Below the pieces are notes generated by a model, which was given only the letters and a program-made list of their open reading frames with translations, was not told the origin of the DNA and searched no databases. 64,000 nt of DNA from Candidatus Bathyarchaeota archaeon. GTDB lineage: Archaea; Thermoproteota; Bathyarchaeia; Bathyarchaeales; Bathycorpusculaceae. Below, piece by piece: positions 29,915 to 39,979 of the stretch. The DNA is taken from NCBI GenBank assembly GCA_963767735.1, contig CAVYES010000002.1, positions 85,862 through 149,861 of the forward strand. The letters run 5' to 3'. The number at the start of each line of letters is the position of its first letter. Position 1 is the stretch's first letter. The translations under genes and the position numbers were made by a program.

Positions 29915-30886
29915 ATGTCAGAGCAGCAAAAACCTGTAAAAATAGAAGACATTAATCAGCAAATTGAAAAATTAAGAGAACAAGCTAATACAGCAGACGT
30001 TCAAATAAAAAAGTATATTGAACAAAGAAACCAGCTAAACGATCAAGTAAAACTTGCCCGTGAAGAAATTGACGATTTAAAAACCGAGCGCGACAGCATA
30101 AACGAAAAAGTTAAGCTGCTAAAACAGCAAAGAGATGAAATCAGAGCTAAAACTTCGCCAATCACCGAAAAAATAAACGCCATAAAAGAAAAAATCGATG
30201 AGCTTAAAAAGAAAGTACCGCGTGAGAGGCAGCAGGACTTGCAAGAAGAGCTGGAAGCTATCGAATGGAAGATTCAGACAACTTCTCTTGATTTGCAAGA
30301 GGAAAAAGGGCTAATTGAGAACGTCAAGCAGCTTGAAACACTGCTTAGCAGTTACAAAAAAATAGACCTTAAATACAAAAAAATGAAGGAGTTAATAATC
30401 CAGCGGCAAGCCATCGAAGCCCAAGCTGACGTATTTCATAATGAATTAACTGATTTAGCCAAGAAAAGCCAAGACATACATTCCAAAATGATAGAAAAAG
30501 TAAACACCGCCAAAATAACCAGAGCCCAAGCTGACAGTCTACATCAAGCTTACGTCAAAACGAAAGAGGACATCCTTCAGATTCACGTGAAAATCGCAGA
30601 ATTAACTGGGCAAATTCAAGGTTTGCGCGCAGCTATGAGAGAGGAAGATAAAGCAAGGCGACTTGTAGCTCAGCAGGCTTTTATGGAAAGACAGTTGGCT
30701 GATAAAGAAAGACAACAAGCGGATAAAGAAAAACAGCAGGTTGTCAAGGAAAAAGAGAAGGCTATTAAAGAAAAGCTTGGGGCTGAAGCGAGGGATAAGC
30801 TGCAGAAGGGCGAAAAATTAAGTTGGAATGAGTTTCAGCTTGTCATGGGAGAGGATGAAGGGGACGAGTCTAAAACACAAGATTAA
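29915..30886 (+). CDS. Archaeal coiled-coil protein (COG1340-like)
   Basis: Heptad-rich; IEWKIQTTSL...EK; C-terminal KLQKGEKLSWNEF. Confidence 0.82.
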   Translation: MSEQQKPVKIEDINQQIEKLREQANTADVQIKKYIEQRNQLNDQVKLAREEIDDLKTERDSINEKVKLLKQQRDEIRAKTSPITEKINAIKEKIDELKKKVPRERQQDLQEELEAIEWKIQTTSLDLQEEKGLIENVKQLETLLSSYKKIDLKYKKMKELIIQRQAIEAQADVFHNELTDLAKKSQDIHSKMIEKVNTAKITRAQADSLHQAYVKTKEDILQIHVKIAELTGQIQGLRAAMREEDKARRLVAQQAFMERQLADKERQQADKEKQQVVKEKEKAIKEKLGAEARDKLQKGEKLSWNEFQLVMGEDEGDESKTQD

Positions 30887-30920
30887 AGTTAAGTGGCAGT
30901 ATTAGGGAATAGAGATGTAG

Positions 30921-32156
30921 ATGGCTAAAAAGGAAACGCAGGACCAAACGCAAAAGCGTATCCTGATTCTATGTGTGGATCGAGATGGCGATATCGAGGT
31001 CAAGACAGGAATAAAAACGCCTCTACTTGGGCGAACCGCAAACTTGGACGGCGCAGTTGCCTTAGCTCTAAAAGACCCGGAAGAGCCAGATGCAAATGCG
31101 ATGTTTGAAGCTGTCCGGCTTCATGACAGGTTACAAAACGAAAAGCAGCCTCAGGAAATTTTTGAAGTTGCTACGATTTCGGGTTCTGAGTTGGGCGGGG
31201 TTAGCGCTGACAGAAAATTGGTTGCTGAATTAAATAATTTACTAGATACTTTTAGTGCAAACGAAGTGATTTTGGTCAGTGATGGCTATTCTGACGAGGC
31301 AATTTTGCCGCTTGTTGAATCCCGAGTACCGGTTTCGTCGGTAAGGCGGGTAGTAATAAAGCATAGTGAGTCAATCGAAGAGACTGCTGCAGTATTTACA
31401 AAATACATTCGATTATTAATGAATAATCCAAGGTATGCGCGCGTGGCGTTAGGTTTGCCTGGGTTACTGGTTTTTATTTTCGGTGTTCTCTGGGCCATCA
31501 ATAACTATGTTTACCCAGGCGCCATCGACTACTACGGAATTGCCTTCGTTATTGTGCTAGGCGGTTTCTTGCTTATCAAGGGCTTTGGCGTTGACAGGTC
31601 AGCTAAAGACGCCTATACATGGATTAAAGAATATTCGCCGCCTCCTCTGCCAATGCAAATGTCAAATTACATGGTTTTCGCCGGACTTTTATGCGTCGCC
31701 GTCAGCGTTTATCTGGGAATAGCAAACGTCAATATTAATGCCGGACCGTTTCCCAGTGCTTTCGCTGGATGGATAGCAATCACTCCAAGGATAATTACGT
31801 TCTTCATTAAGGGTATTGAGGATCTTCTAGTGATAGGTTTAATTATAATTTTTTCTGGACGAAGCATACGTTTATACTTTGAGCGAGACTCAAGATTGCT
31901 TCGGAATGTTGCTTTGATAGTTACTGTTGCCTGGTTCCGTTTTATCCTAGAAGCAACCGCGAACGTAATCTACAGCATATACAACTCAGCGGGGCAGTCA
32001 ATAGTAACTCTTAGTAACCAGAATTTTTCAATGTTCATTTTTTCAATAATTGTAGGTATGCTAATCGGCATTGCGTCTGTGCTATTAATTTTAATAATTA
32101 GCAGGTCAACTAAAGGCTTCTTCCAAAAAACCGATAAGAACCGAGAACCAGAATAA
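30921..32156 (+). CDS. DUF373 family membrane protein
   Basis: LCVDRDGD, DPEEPDANAMF, SDGYSDE, SVRRVVIKHSESIEET followed by TM helices. Confidence 0.9.
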   Translation: MAKKETQDQTQKRILILCVDRDGDIEVKTGIKTPLLGRTANLDGAVALALKDPEEPDANAMFEAVRLHDRLQNEKQPQEIFEVATISGSELGGVSADRKLVAELNNLLDTFSANEVILVSDGYSDEAILPLVESRVPVSSVRRVVIKHSESIEETAAVFTKYIRLLMNNPRYARVALGLPGLLVFIFGVLWAINNYVYPGAIDYYGIAFVIVLGGFLLIKGFGVDRSAKDAYTWIKEYSPPPLPMQMSNYMVFAGLLCVAVSVYLGIANVNINAGPFPSAFAGWIAITPRIITFFIKGIEDLLVIGLIIIFSGRSIRLYFERDSRLLRNVALIVTVAWFRFILEATANVIYSIYNSAGQSIVTLSNQNFSMFIFSIIVGMLIGIASVLLILIISRSTKGFFQKTDKNREPE

Positions 32157-32283
32157 AGTTTTTCTTAGCCGATTAATCGGGAATTAGGGCAAGATTTAAT
32201 TGAAACACTCAAGGTTAAAGTATGAAGCGAAGTTTAAGAGAAAAATCCCTTGAAGAATCGTTTAACATCCGAGGTCAAGTTTA

Positions 32284-33081
32284 GTGCTTAAAAAAATGCT
32301 TTCTGTCATCGGCGCATACAAACTGTACGAGAATTGGCTTTGGCAGCAGGTTAAAGGTGGAGTAAAACCTGAACATATCGCAATAATTTTGGACGGCAAC
32401 CGGCGATGGGCAAACGAAAAGGAAAGTCACCCTTTCTTGCTGCAAGACAAATGGGGCCATCAGAACGGCGCTGACACGGTTGAGCAGCTTTTAGATTGGA
32501 CTCATCTGATAGATGTCAAGTACGTCACCCTATACACGTTTTCAACGGAGAATTTTTCCCGGCATTCAGACGAAGTGGAGAAAATCATGCAGGTTGCTGA
32601 AGAAAGATTCCGAAAACTGCTACATGATGAACGTTTACATCGTGATAAAATTCACGTGAAAGTCATGGGCAGAACTAACCTGCTGCCTAAAAGTTTGCAG
32701 GAAACTATCGCTGAGCTGGAAGCGGCAACGGCGAATTATGACGCTTACTTCTGGAACTTCGCATTTGCTTATGGTGGCAGGGCAGAAATTGTGGATGCAA
32801 CTAAAAAGATTGCTAGGGAAGTTAAAAGCGGCGCACTGGACGTGGATGAAGTGACTGAGAGCACTTTTGAAAAGTACCTCTACACGTCACATATGGATAA
32901 ACAGGACCCTGACATGATTATACGCACTTCAGGCGAAGAACGATTAAGCGGGTTTCTGCTCTGGCAAGCCGCCTACAGTGAACTGCTATTTTTGGATGTT
33001 TACTGGCCTGACTTCCGATTAATCGACCTGCTGAGAGCCATCAGAACCTTCCAGTACCGCAAACGACGGTTCGGTAAATAA
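32284..33081 (+). CDS. uppS: cis-prenyltransferase (undecaprenyl diphosphate synthase family)
   Basis: ILDGNRRWA, FSTENF, YGGRAEI, IRTSGEERLSGFLLWQ, RRFG. Confidence 0.95.
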   Translation: MLKKMLSVIGAYKLYENWLWQQVKGGVKPEHIAIILDGNRRWANEKESHPFLLQDKWGHQNGADTVEQLLDWTHLIDVKYVTLYTFSTENFSRHSDEVEKIMQVAEERFRKLLHDERLHRDKIHVKVMGRTNLLPKSLQETIAELEAATANYDAYFWNFAFAYGGRAEIVDATKKIAREVKSGALDVDEVTESTFEKYLYTSHMDKQDPDMIIRTSGEERLSGFLLWQAAYSELLFLDVYWPDFRLIDLLRAIRTFQYRKRRFGK

Positions 33082-33264
33082 ATAACGTTTAACCTTTAAC
33101 TATGTTCCATCGCTCTTTTTTTTGTGCTTGTTTTTGCCACAAAAATTTGGTAGGTCTATAGGTAGTGCTGGTTTCTGTTCAGGGCTTGTTTTGCGTTGAT
33201 TTTTCGATTCAGGGCTTATAGAGCACATAAAAAGAATTGCCCAAAAGAAGTAAGAGATAAAATG

Positions 33265-34488
33265 TTAAGCTCGTTTTTTGGCGCTTACGATGCTTATTAC
33301 GTCTCTGTCTTTGAGGATGGCGTCTTCGCCGATTCTTCTTTTGTCTCGGGCGTCGATGGCGTAGATGAAGCTTTCTCCGAGTTCTGTGTGGATTATGTAG
33401 GCGAACTGATGCGCGGTTGTTCCTTTTGGAATGAGGTATGCGTCTGGCAAAACTCTGCCGTTATGGTCAGAGAGGTGCTCTAAATCTTCTACGGGATAAA
33501 CGGTTATCATGTTAAGAAGTTTAAAGTAAGCCATGTTCATGGCTTCTTGGATGCCTGTTGTCCCGTTTTTCTGCAGCACTTTTTCACGTATAGCCTCTAA
33601 AGCCTTAATCTGGCCTGCTGAGAGCTTTTCTGGCTGCGTTATCTTGAAGTCGCGGTCGCCTGGTTTATAATCGATTAACTGTTTTTCGGCGGCGCGCCTA
33701 AGTGCAAGTTCGGCTTCGGCGGAGCATGGAATAACCATGTAATCCAGCTTCTTCATGCGTTCCACGTTAACTTCAGCCGTCGGCAAATCAATCTTGTTCG
33801 CTACTATCAGCATGGGTTTTGATAAACGTCTTAAATAATCAACGAAACGGTAGAAGTCTTCATCACTCCATGTGGCGGGTTTGTCAACATTCAAGTTTGC
33901 CAGCCTGATAGCTTCAGCGACATATTGTCGCCTTATGCCTAAACCTGTTAAACGTTCTTCAAGATGCGATGCTATGCCTTTTTTATCCGCTTCCGCTGTC
34001 CGAGAGATTTTAGACCAATCCTTCTTAAGGATGGCTACCATCCACATTGTTATTTCCCGTTCAAGAAACTTTACATCTTCTAAGGGATCATGTTCACCTG
34101 GTTTGCAAGTTTTTCCTTCGCAGTCTGTTCCGCCTGAAGCGTCAACTACATGTATGAGCGCGTCTGCTCTGCGTATTTCGTCTAGAAACTGGTTTCCTAA
34201 GCCGCGTCCTTCCCAAGCGCCTGGAACAATGCCTGCGATGTCGATTAATTCTACAGGAACAAGCCTGACGCCGTCAAGGCACAGAGAGTTTTTAGGGTTA
34301 TCTTTCACTTTGAATTCTTCATGAACGCAAGGCGTCCGTACATAGCCGACTCCCCTGTTAGGCTTAATTGTGGTGAAAGGATAATTGGCTATTTCTGCCG
34401 CTGCCAAAGTAGCCGCGCTGAAAAACGTGGATTTTCCCGTGTTCGGTTTTCCAACGACCCCAAGCAATCGCGAATAAGACCTTTGCAT
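33265..34488 (-). CDS. ychF: YchF/OBG-family redox-regulated ATPase with TGS domain
   Basis: GKPNTGKST, ANYPFTTI, DIAG, GLGNQFLD, NKID, C-terminal TGS. Confidence 0.93.
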   Translation of the reverse strand: MQRSYSRLLGVVGKPNTGKSTFFSAATLAAAEIANYPFTTIKPNRGVGYVRTPCVHEEFKVKDNPKNSLCLDGVRLVPVELIDIAGIVPGAWEGRGLGNQFLDEIRRADALIHVVDASGGTDCEGKTCKPGEHDPLEDVKFLEREITMWMVAILKKDWSKISRTAEADKKGIASHLEERLTGLGIRRQYVAEAIRLANLNVDKPATWSDEDFYRFVDYLRRLSKPMLIVANKIDLPTAEVNVERMKKLDYMVIPCSAEAELALRRAAEKQLIDYKPGDRDFKITQPEKLSAGQIKALEAIREKVLQKNGTTGIQEAMNMAYFKLLNMITVYPVEDLEHLSDHNGRVLPDAYLIPKGTTAHQFAYIIHTELGESFIYAIDARDKRRIGEDAILKDRDVISIVSAKKRA

Positions 34489-34831
34489 ATGTTACTTCAC
34501 GCAGTACTGTTGCATGTGTAGTGCTATATTATTTGTGCTTATAAACAATGAAAGACCTTGTGATTTCAATCTTGATAAGTAATCAAATCAAGTGCGGTTG
34601 TTTTCTCTTGAACGATGCGACTTTGGACAAGCGCTCATGCTAACCAAAAGGCGAGCCCAAGCATCTCGAGTTGAACAACATAGGATAAAAAAAATTCCAA
34701 AATTATTTCTTGTATTTTATATGTTCTGATGATAAGCTTTTGGATGGCAAGCCTAACTCTCTATATACTCCCCAGATTTTGCAAGGCCATGGTCACTTAG
34801 AATCATCCGGACAACACTTATCACAGGTCTT

Positions 34832-37096
34832 TCATCTCGGCTTCCTTAACTTTTGGCTATTCCTGAGCAGATAGATTGATAATCCGATTATTGCCGTTAT
34901 CAAGGCGGTGCCCATTATTAGTGAAACTGTTGAGTATATGATTTGGCTTTGCCAGTTCCAAGTGATGCTTGAAGGTTGATTTATCGTGAAGTGTAAATTG
35001 GTGTTTGTTCCTGTTGCTGGGGCGCTTCCTGTCCCTGTCCACCCCGTGCATACTTGCTCTGCAATAATGGATTGGGGAACAGAAGAAGTAACATCCTCGT
35101 TTATGTTTGAACTCGCATTAAACCAGCCGCTTTCCAGGCTTTGAGTACCATAAGCGGATGAAACGTTCAAGTAGTATTGGGTGACCCAAGTTGCAGTTGC
35201 GGTTTTAGGGGTATTCATTGTTATGCCGTAACTTGTTGCTCCTGAACCTGAAGAATCGCCACTCCAGCCAGTAAGAACATATTGGATGCCTGAGCCTCCG
35301 GATACAATGTTAGATGCAACATTGGCATAAGCTGTTGAACCGCTTTCATACCAGCCTGAGCCTGAGGGCGAACCATAGGTTGAAATTACAGCTAAATAGT
35401 ACTGGTGGATGTAGCTTGGGTTTACTGTAATTGCCCCAGCTATGTTTCCAGCAGTGCCTACCGAAGAACTCCACTTTTCAGTTCCTGATGTGGCTTCTAC
35501 AATGGCAGGGATCGACCAAGGCGTATTTGCATCTAGCCATGTTATCTGATTGCTGGTGGTGAGAACCAGTTGATAATTGGATCCGAATTGTGTTCCTGAT
35601 AACATGAGGCTAGATGACGTTGCGGAATCGTCTGAGATTGAATAGCTGGCTGTGACTTGATACTGGCGGTAATAAATTAGTAGATTTGGAATTTGATTCG
35701 CCTGTGATATGCTCCAGGATGATGTTGGAGTAGCCCATCGGTCTTGTGAAAGACCTGAGATATTATTGCTCACGGTGGCTGATGTTCCTCTCAGAACCAT
35801 TTCAGTTTGCGGAGAAATTTGAGGTAGCGAAATAGTATTAGTCGTTTGGCTGAATTGGGCAGATGCAGCTGAAGGAGCTGTGAAGTAGGTCAATGTTGGA
35901 TTAGCAGGGTTTCCACCACCTGATATTTCATAAGCGACTTGTTGACTGAGGATATCATAGTAATAGAAAGTTGAAGTGGATCCCGCAGGTACAGTTACGT
36001 TAGCACCTTGCGAATTCAACACCCATTCTTCAGTTGAGGAAGAACCCGTGGACACCCCAGATATCACCACGTTACTGCCGTTATCCACAGTTAATGTCAA
36101 CGTACCATCTTGGGCATAACTAGCCTGTGGTAGACTATCGAAAGTAAACGAAACCGCAAACTCGTTCGTGCCAGAAAGAGGGGTCGACCCGCCAGCAGGA
36201 AGCAACGTTATATAGGTCGTTTGCTGGACAATTGAGCCCGTGATAAACTGGTAGGCACTGCTGTATTCAGTTACTCCATGAGAGGCGAAAGATTGAAGTT
36301 GAGTTGGGCTCGAGTAAGTTACTTGGGTTTTGGTGCTCCATTGTCCCGACCAGTTAGGGTTACTTGGTTCCCATTCATCCATCCACATCCAGGCGGATGA
36401 AAGACCAAAACCACTGGAATAAGTAACCTGAGTTTCGTCTCCACTATATGGGGTTGCGTGGTACCATTCAGTCATAAGCCCAGTGAAGAATCCGTTGTTA
36501 CTTGGTGATGAAAGACCAATAAAAGAGGCGGTTTGGTTATCTGCATAGGCTGCTTGTGCGATTGCTCCTGTGTTCCAGTCTTTGGCGGACAAGGAAACGA
36601 CGCCGTTGCTAATGTAAATATCAAGAAGAACTAAATCTCCTGAATTAACTGTGCCTTCGGAGAATGATTTTTGTCCTCCGCTGTTAATTGGATAAACGGA
36701 TTTTCCCGCTGGATTAAAAACCTCGTAGTTAAAGTTAAAACCTTGAGCATATCCTCCGTTCGCATTTGGCCAGTTATATGATATGCCCACTTGATACCAG
36801 TAATTATCGTTTGATAATCCGTTTAGAAGGTAAGCTGGCCCGTAGCCTTCTGAATCGGCTTGAGACGTTGTAGTGACGTTGTAAGCGAGGCTTGCAAAGT
36901 TTTGAGTAAACGTTATTCCAAGCTGTTCATCATAGTTTGCAGAGGGAAGCGGAGATAACGGCACCGTTAATCCTGAGACGATGGGCAACAAGGCACTTTG
37001 CATGTGGCTAAAATCAGCTGTATCAGCTGTTTGTGCATGCACACCAGAACAGAAGCAGCAAGCAAGAACTAGAAGACAAGAAACAATGACAATCAA
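34832..37096 (-). CDS. Secreted, membrane-anchored multidomain protein with concanavalin/G1-peptidase-like N-domain and YGSPSGSGWY-type repeats
   Basis: Signal peptide, Ser/Thr/Tyr-rich body, two YYL.V.S.YG....GW repeats, C-terminal TM + basic tail. The peptidase call is inference. Confidence 0.7.
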   Translation of the reverse strand: MIVIVSCLLVLACCFCSGVHAQTADTADFSHMQSALLPIVSGLTVPLSPLPSANYDEQLGITFTQNFASLAYNVTTTSQADSEGYGPAYLLNGLSNDNYWYQVGISYNWPNANGGYAQGFNFNYEVFNPAGKSVYPINSGGQKSFSEGTVNSGDLVLLDIYISNGVVSLSAKDWNTGAIAQAAYADNQTASFIGLSSPSNNGFFTGLMTEWYHATPYSGDETQVTYSSGFGLSSAWMWMDEWEPSNPNWSGQWSTKTQVTYSSPTQLQSFASHGVTEYSSAYQFITGSIVQQTTYITLLPAGGSTPLSGTNEFAVSFTFDSLPQASYAQDGTLTLTVDNGSNVVISGVSTGSSSTEEWVLNSQGANVTVPAGSTSTFYYYDILSQQVAYEISGGGNPANPTLTYFTAPSAASAQFSQTTNTISLPQISPQTEMVLRGTSATVSNNISGLSQDRWATPTSSWSISQANQIPNLLIYYRQYQVTASYSISDDSATSSSLMLSGTQFGSNYQLVLTTSNQITWLDANTPWSIPAIVEATSGTEKWSSSVGTAGNIAGAITVNPSYIHQYYLAVISTYGSPSGSGWYESGSTAYANVASNIVSGGSGIQYVLTGWSGDSSGSGATSYGITMNTPKTATATWVTQYYLNVSSAYGTQSLESGWFNASSNINEDVTSSVPQSIIAEQVCTGWTGTGSAPATGTNTNLHFTINQPSSITWNWQSQIIYSTVSLIMGTALITAIIGLSIYLLRNSQKLRKPR

Positions 37097-37457
37097 TTCG
37101 ATAAATCGATAATTATTTTTCGTTTATTTCCCCCAAATCTGTAGTTTTCAATTTTGCTCTCTTGACGACTAATCTTATTCATATTGGAACTTATGGTTCC
37201 TCAAGACGCTCACTGCTTTAGGACTTGTGTGATAATGAATAACTCAATTTAAATAACCTTGTGCGTGCGCTGAGCTACCCAACAGTCTGCGTTTAAATGC
37301 TAAAGTTAAACGTAAAAGCGCACTACATATTGCTTCTCAAATAGAGAATTTCGCCGTTGCGTTGAAGTAGATTAGTTGCAGCTTTGTCGTCAATCAGCCA
37401 ATGCAAAGAATATTTTTATTTAAGCATGCTTGCTTGTTTACAGAAGGTTAGTTAGTT

Positions 37458-38837
37458 TTGTTGGATTCAGCCACGATGTCCCTCTTTGACCGTTTTCTTT
37501 TTGCTTTTACGATTGCATCTCACATTATACTTGTTTCTGTGAGCATAGCAATAATTGTTATAATTTCGATAGCAGAATTTATCTCACTACGCAGAAATGA
37601 CCGATACTACAGCGCTCTCTCAAAGCGGCTCTCCAGGGCGTTTGTGGTGATTTTTGGCATCGGAACAGCCAGCGGCGTAGTAATGGCAGTCGAGCTTGTA
37701 ACCCTGTTCCCCGCCTTCATGACACTCGTATCTGAAACTGGGGCAATCTCAATCTTCTACACCGAAATCTTCGCATTCTTCCTCGAAACCATCGCGCTGG
37801 TCATGTACGTCTACTATGCTGACTATTTGGGCAGATACACCCACTGGATGCTGTCAATCGTCATCGCAGCTGGCGCACTGCTTTCAGCCATACTCATCAC
37901 CATGCTCAACGCCTGGATGAACACACCAAACGGATTTAACCAATCTGCCTTCATTCAAAACGGAAAAGTCACTGGGCTTGCAATTTGGGCGCCCTTCGTC
38001 ACGTCATCAACCTTAGCTGAGGTGGCTCATGTGCTTCCGACGGTATTGTTCGCGGGAGTGATGCTTGTTGGGGGCTACTTCGCATGGCGAACCATCAGGT
38101 CAAAAGACATCGAAGAAAAAAAGATGCTGATGAAAGGGTTGAAAATTGCAGCTGCACTAGGAATAATAACGATAGTCATAGCGATGCTAACTGGAATAAA
38201 CGAGATAACGACGCTGCTTAAACTTCAGCCGCTGAAGTACGCAGCGATTGAACTCAATCCGTCGCCTGGTACTAACTTGCCAGAAAAATTGTTTGGCACT
38301 TTAGTTAACGGCCAGTTTACTGGTGGCATCCCAATTCCTCACCTGCAATCATTCCTTGTGCAGATTGAAACTGGAATCAAAGCTGTTCCGGGGCTTTCGC
38401 AGTTTCCATCCTCGAATTGGCCCCCGCTCTATGTGCATACAACCTTTGATACAATGGTAATTGGAGGCTTCTTGCTTGGTTTGTTCTTTTTAGCCTATTT
38501 TGTCGATTGGGCAGTTTTGAGAAGAAAGCCGCATGAGTCCAAAGTTTTTCTGTACAGTTGGGTTCCTCTTGCGTTTTTCGCTCTGATAATTATGGAGTTG
38601 GGTTGGGTGACAGACGAGGTCGGAAGACAACCCTGGATAATCTACAACGTGTTAACCAGCCAGCAGGCAGCCAACTTCAGCTCATCCTTTTTAATTCCAG
38701 GCATTCTGATAATCGCTTTCTACCTCATCTTGCTGCCGCTTACCTTCTACTTCTTCACGCGGGTCTTCAATTCCAGCTCAATGTCTAATGGTGACAAGGA
38801 ACAAAAAGAAGCAACCAAAAAGGGTGTGAACTATTGA
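37458..38837 (+). CDS. cydA: Cytochrome bd quinol oxidase subunit I
   Basis: SHI (haem His), GTASG, EIFAFFLET, NAWMNTP, AHV, QPLKYAAIE, FDTMV, TDEVGRQPW. Confidence 0.94.
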   Translation: MLDSATMSLFDRFLFAFTIASHIILVSVSIAIIVIISIAEFISLRRNDRYYSALSKRLSRAFVVIFGIGTASGVVMAVELVTLFPAFMTLVSETGAISIFYTEIFAFFLETIALVMYVYYADYLGRYTHWMLSIVIAAGALLSAILITMLNAWMNTPNGFNQSAFIQNGKVTGLAIWAPFVTSSTLAEVAHVLPTVLFAGVMLVGGYFAWRTIRSKDIEEKKMLMKGLKIAAALGIITIVIAMLTGINEITTLLKLQPLKYAAIELNPSPGTNLPEKLFGTLVNGQFTGGIPIPHLQSFLVQIETGIKAVPGLSQFPSSNWPPLYVHTTFDTMVIGGFLLGLFFLAYFVDWAVLRRKPHESKVFLYSWVPLAFFALIIMELGWVTDEVGRQPWIIYNVLTSQQAANFSSSFLIPGILIIAFYLILLPLTFYFFTRVFNSSSMSNGDKEQKEATKKGVNY

Positions 38838-39790
38838 ACGTAATATTTGAATTCTATTTTGCCGTCTTTGCGATATTTGCTTCACTTTTGATAACTGAGA
38901 TTATGGGCTCAGTTGTTTTGCTTCTTTTCTGGAAACAGGCAAACTCGAAGGTTCTCGAATACATTGCGCCCATCTGGGAAGTTACAGGCACGTTCGCGGC
39001 GTTTCTGGTTGTGATGGGAGACTTTGCCTTCCCCTCTCTTTTGGTTCCCATCTCTTCCGTCTTCGCGGCTTTGCTCACAGTGTTTTTGATTCTCTTTGTT
39101 GGAAGGAACGCGTCATTGGCTTTTGCAGAATTCATAATCAAAAGAAAGTGGCTCGATAAAGAAAAGCTCTACAAGATCTACGCTGTGTCAACGCTGATTC
39201 TCGGTTTTACCGTTCTTATTCTTCTCTCAGCTCTGGTCAGCGGCGCAGGCGTTAATTTTCCTGCAGGGGCCTTTCTACTTGGCGCTGGAACCTTTTCACT
39301 TGGCGCTTGGGTTTCCTCTTCCGGCTCCCTGCTTTTTGTTGTAGGCACGCTTGTCGTAGCTATCGGTGCTGCACCAGTATTCTTTTCTCTCAATTCTATG
39401 AAGAAAATCGTTTTGCCTTTGACCGCGGCTGGCGTTGGCATATCGGTTCTTGCTTACTACTTGTATTCGCCCACGTACGTCTCCGCCCTAATGCTTATAC
39501 CCGCCACCCTCACCCTGCTGGTCGCCGTTCTCTTCCTGACATCGAAAAAGACCGCGGCAATAGTTTCAAACAAGGCAATTTTCATAACATTTCTCACCAT
39601 CATAATATTCTCTCTCCAGTTTCTAGTCTATCCCACTGCAATTGGCGGCGCACTCCATGTTGACGCAGAAACAGCATCAGGTCCAATGACCACCGCGTAC
39701 TTCACCATTACAGCAGCCGGAGGAGTAATGCTTGCAATAATGCTCGGGTTCTACATGAATATCGCGGCGCGCTGGAAAAACTCCAAGTAA
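38834..39790 (+). CDS. cydB: Cytochrome bd oxidase subunit II (divergent)
   Basis: Overlaps the cydA stop; APIWEVTGTF and FP motifs; multi-TM. Confidence 0.78.
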   Translation: MNVIFEFYFAVFAIFASLLITEIMGSVVLLLFWKQANSKVLEYIAPIWEVTGTFAAFLVVMGDFAFPSLLVPISSVFAALLTVFLILFVGRNASLAFAEFIIKRKWLDKEKLYKIYAVSTLILGFTVLILLSALVSGAGVNFPAGAFLLGAGTFSLGAWVSSSGSLLFVVGTLVVAIGAAPVFFSLNSMKKIVLPLTAAGVGISVLAYYLYSPTYVSALMLIPATLTLLVAVLFLTSKKTAAIVSNKAIFITFLTIIIFSLQFLVYPTAIGGALHVDAETASGPMTTAYFTITAAGGVMLAIMLGFYMNIAARWKNSK

Positions 39791-39979
39791 AAAGGGCAAT
39801 CGACTTTACATACGGACATCTAAACCACTCATAAGTTAGTTGGGCAAACGGGACTGAAGAAAGAAGAAAAGTTAAATGTTGGCAAGACTATTTTTTTAGT
39901 GCAAAAGAATCTTACCTGGAAAGAATTATGGATTTTTGGGAATGGCTCCAAGTAACTTTGAGTTCCAAAGGGTGTCTTT

